Assembly (NCBI GenBank): GCA_963693365.1
Contig: CAVNZM010000007.1
Location: 558,001-622,000 of the forward strand
From: Amoebidium appalachense
Lineage: Eukaryota; Protista; Ichthyosporea
Direction: 5' to 3'
Length of the DNA: 64,000 nucleotides
Positions 61,537 to 64,000 of the stretch are shown piece after piece. The stretch's first letter is position 1. Every line of letters begins with the position of its first letter. The position numbers and the translations under genes were made by a program. Below the pieces are notes generated by a model. That model ran no database searches. It was not told where the DNA came from and was given only the letters and a program-made list of their open reading frames with translations.

Positions 61537-61892
61537 GCTGTAAAAGACACACAGGAAGGCCCCCTTCCACCAGTCGAAAATGCCCTTAAGCCCTCCCCCC
61601 CCCTCCCCCCCCCCCCCCTCCCCCCTCCCCCCTCCCCCCCACCCCATCAACAACAACAAAAAAAACTCCTTTGCAATTTAAGTCACCGAGTGCACCTGGG
61701 CCAGCACCTTCACCGGAAGAGAGAAGGGGGAGGGCAAAGAAGAAAAAAACGGATCTAGACAGGGAATCGAGACTTTCAGCAGCATAGCTGTTTGCTCTGT
61801 GCATATACAAAAAATTAAAGGAAGACGAAGAAACACAATAAGAAAGAAAGAAAAGAAGAGGGAACGAAAGAATGAAAGAAAAGAGGAGGGAC

Positions 61893-61934
<42 letters not shown>

Positions 61935-62163
61935 CCGCGGAACCAAACAGGAATCGAGGCCCCGAGCATACTCGCACCAACACACCTACCTGTTTGGTGT
62001 GTGCCTGTACGTGTCCGTAGTGTTTGCCAATTGCTCCGCCTTTGCTCTCACCCCCACTATCTCTCCCTTCAGTCCCACCAACACACTACCAACAAGAGGG
62101 TCGTAGCTGTCCAGTTTGACTCCACACACGAGACGTTGGAGGGACTGCTGTGATTGCTCCTGT

Positions 62164-62222
<59 letters not shown>

Positions 62223-62461
62223 TGTGTGGAGGGGGTGGGTGGGTGGGTGGGTGGTGGTGGGGGGGGGGGGGGGTATTGGTATGGGTTTTTTTAGGAGATT
62301 TCCTTTATTTAATTATTTATTTATTTCTTTCTTTTATTTCTATTCTTTTCTTTTTCTTTTTTTTTTGTTGTTGTTGTTGGGGGGGGGGGGGGGTATGAGT
62401 TCTGGCTGCAAAGGCAACACGACGTAGCATACATAACACCATGCCAGTGCGATTCTCAGAT

Positions 62462-62500
<39 letters not shown>

Positions 62501-62535
62501 CCGCCCTATATATATATATATACACACACATACAA

Positions 62536-62566
<31 letters not shown>

Positions 62567-62743
62567 AATCACCCAACCCACCCATCCTCTCCTTTCACCT
62601 CGCCCATCTCCACCCCCCCAATACCAACACCACCACACAGGCATGCGCGCATACACCCACCCACCCACCCAATTCCCCACTCCCACCCACCCACCACCCA
62701 CCCACACACCCAGCCCGACACCCCCTCAACAAGCCCCCCCTCA

Positions 62744-62775
<32 letters not shown>

Positions 62776-63081
62776 ACCCCCCCACCCACACACCCCCACA
62801 CACCCCTCCCCCCGCCCCATTCAACCACCCAACCACCTCCACCCCCACACAACCATTTAAACCCCGCATCCCCCCACCCATCCATTCCCACTCCCACCCT
62901 CAACCCCACCCACCCACCCACACCCACATCCCCCCCCCCCCCCCTCAAACACACACACCCACACATCCTTCCACCCCTTCATCCCCCCCCCCCCCCCCCC
63001 CCACCGGCCCCACCCACCCACTCCCACACGTCTTCCCCCTTCCCTCCCCCCCCCTCCCTTCTACCCCCATCCCCCCCCCCC

Positions 63082-63112
<31 letters not shown>

Positions 63113-63252
63113 ACCCACCCACCCACCCACCCACCATGAGTGCATTCATATCCGTGTCTGCTGCCTGCATCTGCTGCTGCATGGCCCCCACATACTCCTG
63201 TGCCCCCTCAAGGGGGTGCCCGGCCCCCTCCCCAGGCACATCAACACCCATC

Positions 63253-63314
<62 letters not shown>

Positions 63315-63852
63315 AGTGCGTGGGCATGCGTGGGTGGTGGTGGGCAGGGGATGAAAGGGAGGTGTTATTCTACAGGAATTGAGAGTCATGATTAGAGCCA
63401 TTATATCCAACTTGAAAAGAAACACTTTTCATCGAACCGCCAGAGAAGGAAATCGTGTTTTTATCCGACCCAAATAAGTACCATGGTTCTTGTACTTTCA
63501 TATTGAATACAACCCGGGGATCATTATCAAAATAGGACAACAAGCATATGATAGGCATATAGTCTGTCACATCTATGACAACGGGTGATTTGTGTTCACT
63601 AGCACATTCGTTCTGCCCTCTTTCTCTTGCCCTTTTCATCTCCTTGTTTCTTATCTTTCCTTACACCTATTCCCGTAGTTCTCATCTTTTACCCTTTCTC
63701 GGAAGGAAGCACTTTTTCGGACGAATCCCGTTCCCCTTTTTTTTCAATCACGTTTCCTTTTTTGGGCAGGAACCACCCCACCTTGCAGGGATATAACCAA
63801 CATTCTCTCCTGTCTTCTCAGTTCGGCCAAAGTCTCCTGCCTCTCAACAAGC
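58219..63852 (-). CDS. WTAP: WTAP/Fl(2)d/FIP37/Mum2-family m6A methyltransferase complex subunit, 5' end beyond the window, long R/E/D-rich C-terminus
   Basis: Exons 63852-63782, 63253-63135, 62159-61990, 61363-61284, 60354-60280, 59528-58219, phases compatible. [11 protein letters not shown]; [70 protein letters not shown] aligns by eye with the WTAP coiled-coil core (DPAIN..FTPDS..GKKLMAKC..LIQENQELG..GRIAQLE). Confidence 0.88.
60955..61262. repeat. 50-bp tandem repeat x6 in a WTAP intron
   Basis: TGCCTGTGTGTATGTGTGAACACATCTGTATTTGTGTGTGTGCACACGTA repeated at 60961, 61011, 61061, 61111, 61161 and 61211, nearly perfectly. Confidence 0.95.
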
Positions 63853-64000
63853 CTGCATGGGTGCTGTTAGTGGAATTCTGAAGACACAGAGGTGTGGGGT
63901 GTGGTGTGTGAAGAGACAGCGGAGCGCGGGGCGGAGTAAGGCGGGGCGGAGTAAGGCGGGGCGGGGCGGGGCGGGGCAGGGGCAGGCGGCGGCGCCGGGG

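Noticed and set aside
61678-61800. Candidate extra WTAP exon (..CLDPFF..)
   Set aside because: Exons 62159-61990 and 61363-61284 already join in phase and give the continuous WTAP motif TPNS-AVG.
63925-63985. GGGCGG (Sp1-like) boxes as a promoter
   Set aside because: They lie inside a WTAP intron (C-rich on the sense strand) and are simple tandem repeats.

Overview
This is an intron-rich eukaryotic window, probably from a unicellular holozoan (inferred from an SH2 adaptor, a DGK-zeta-like kinase, RhoGDI and WTAP). Introns are saturated with (CA)n/(TG)n, (CT)n and long poly-C/poly-G tracts, so most of the supplied ORF track is spurious. By hand I assembled five frame-consistent GT-AG genes: a 21-exon diacylglycerol kinase (-, 1590-18952), a 3-exon RhoGDI (-, 20025-23380), a 19-exon ~979-aa type I membrane glycoprotein (+, 26092-43807), a 3-exon C-terminal-SH2 adaptor (-, 50261-52900) and a 5'-truncated WTAP/Fl(2)d homolog (-, 58219-63852). 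The most interesting signal is a dispersed repeat family (copies near 35-235, 8310-8490, 10180-11375 and 31913-32010). On the minus strand it carries all three hammerhead-ribozyme core strands with compensatory base changes, but in a non-circularly permuted order. It lies 3' of a Penelope-like RT C-terminal remnant and its 3' ends abut poly-C tracts. Also present: a foldback MITE, a ~750-bp diverged inverted repeat and several minisatellites. All calls are by-eye pattern recognition; no searches were run.
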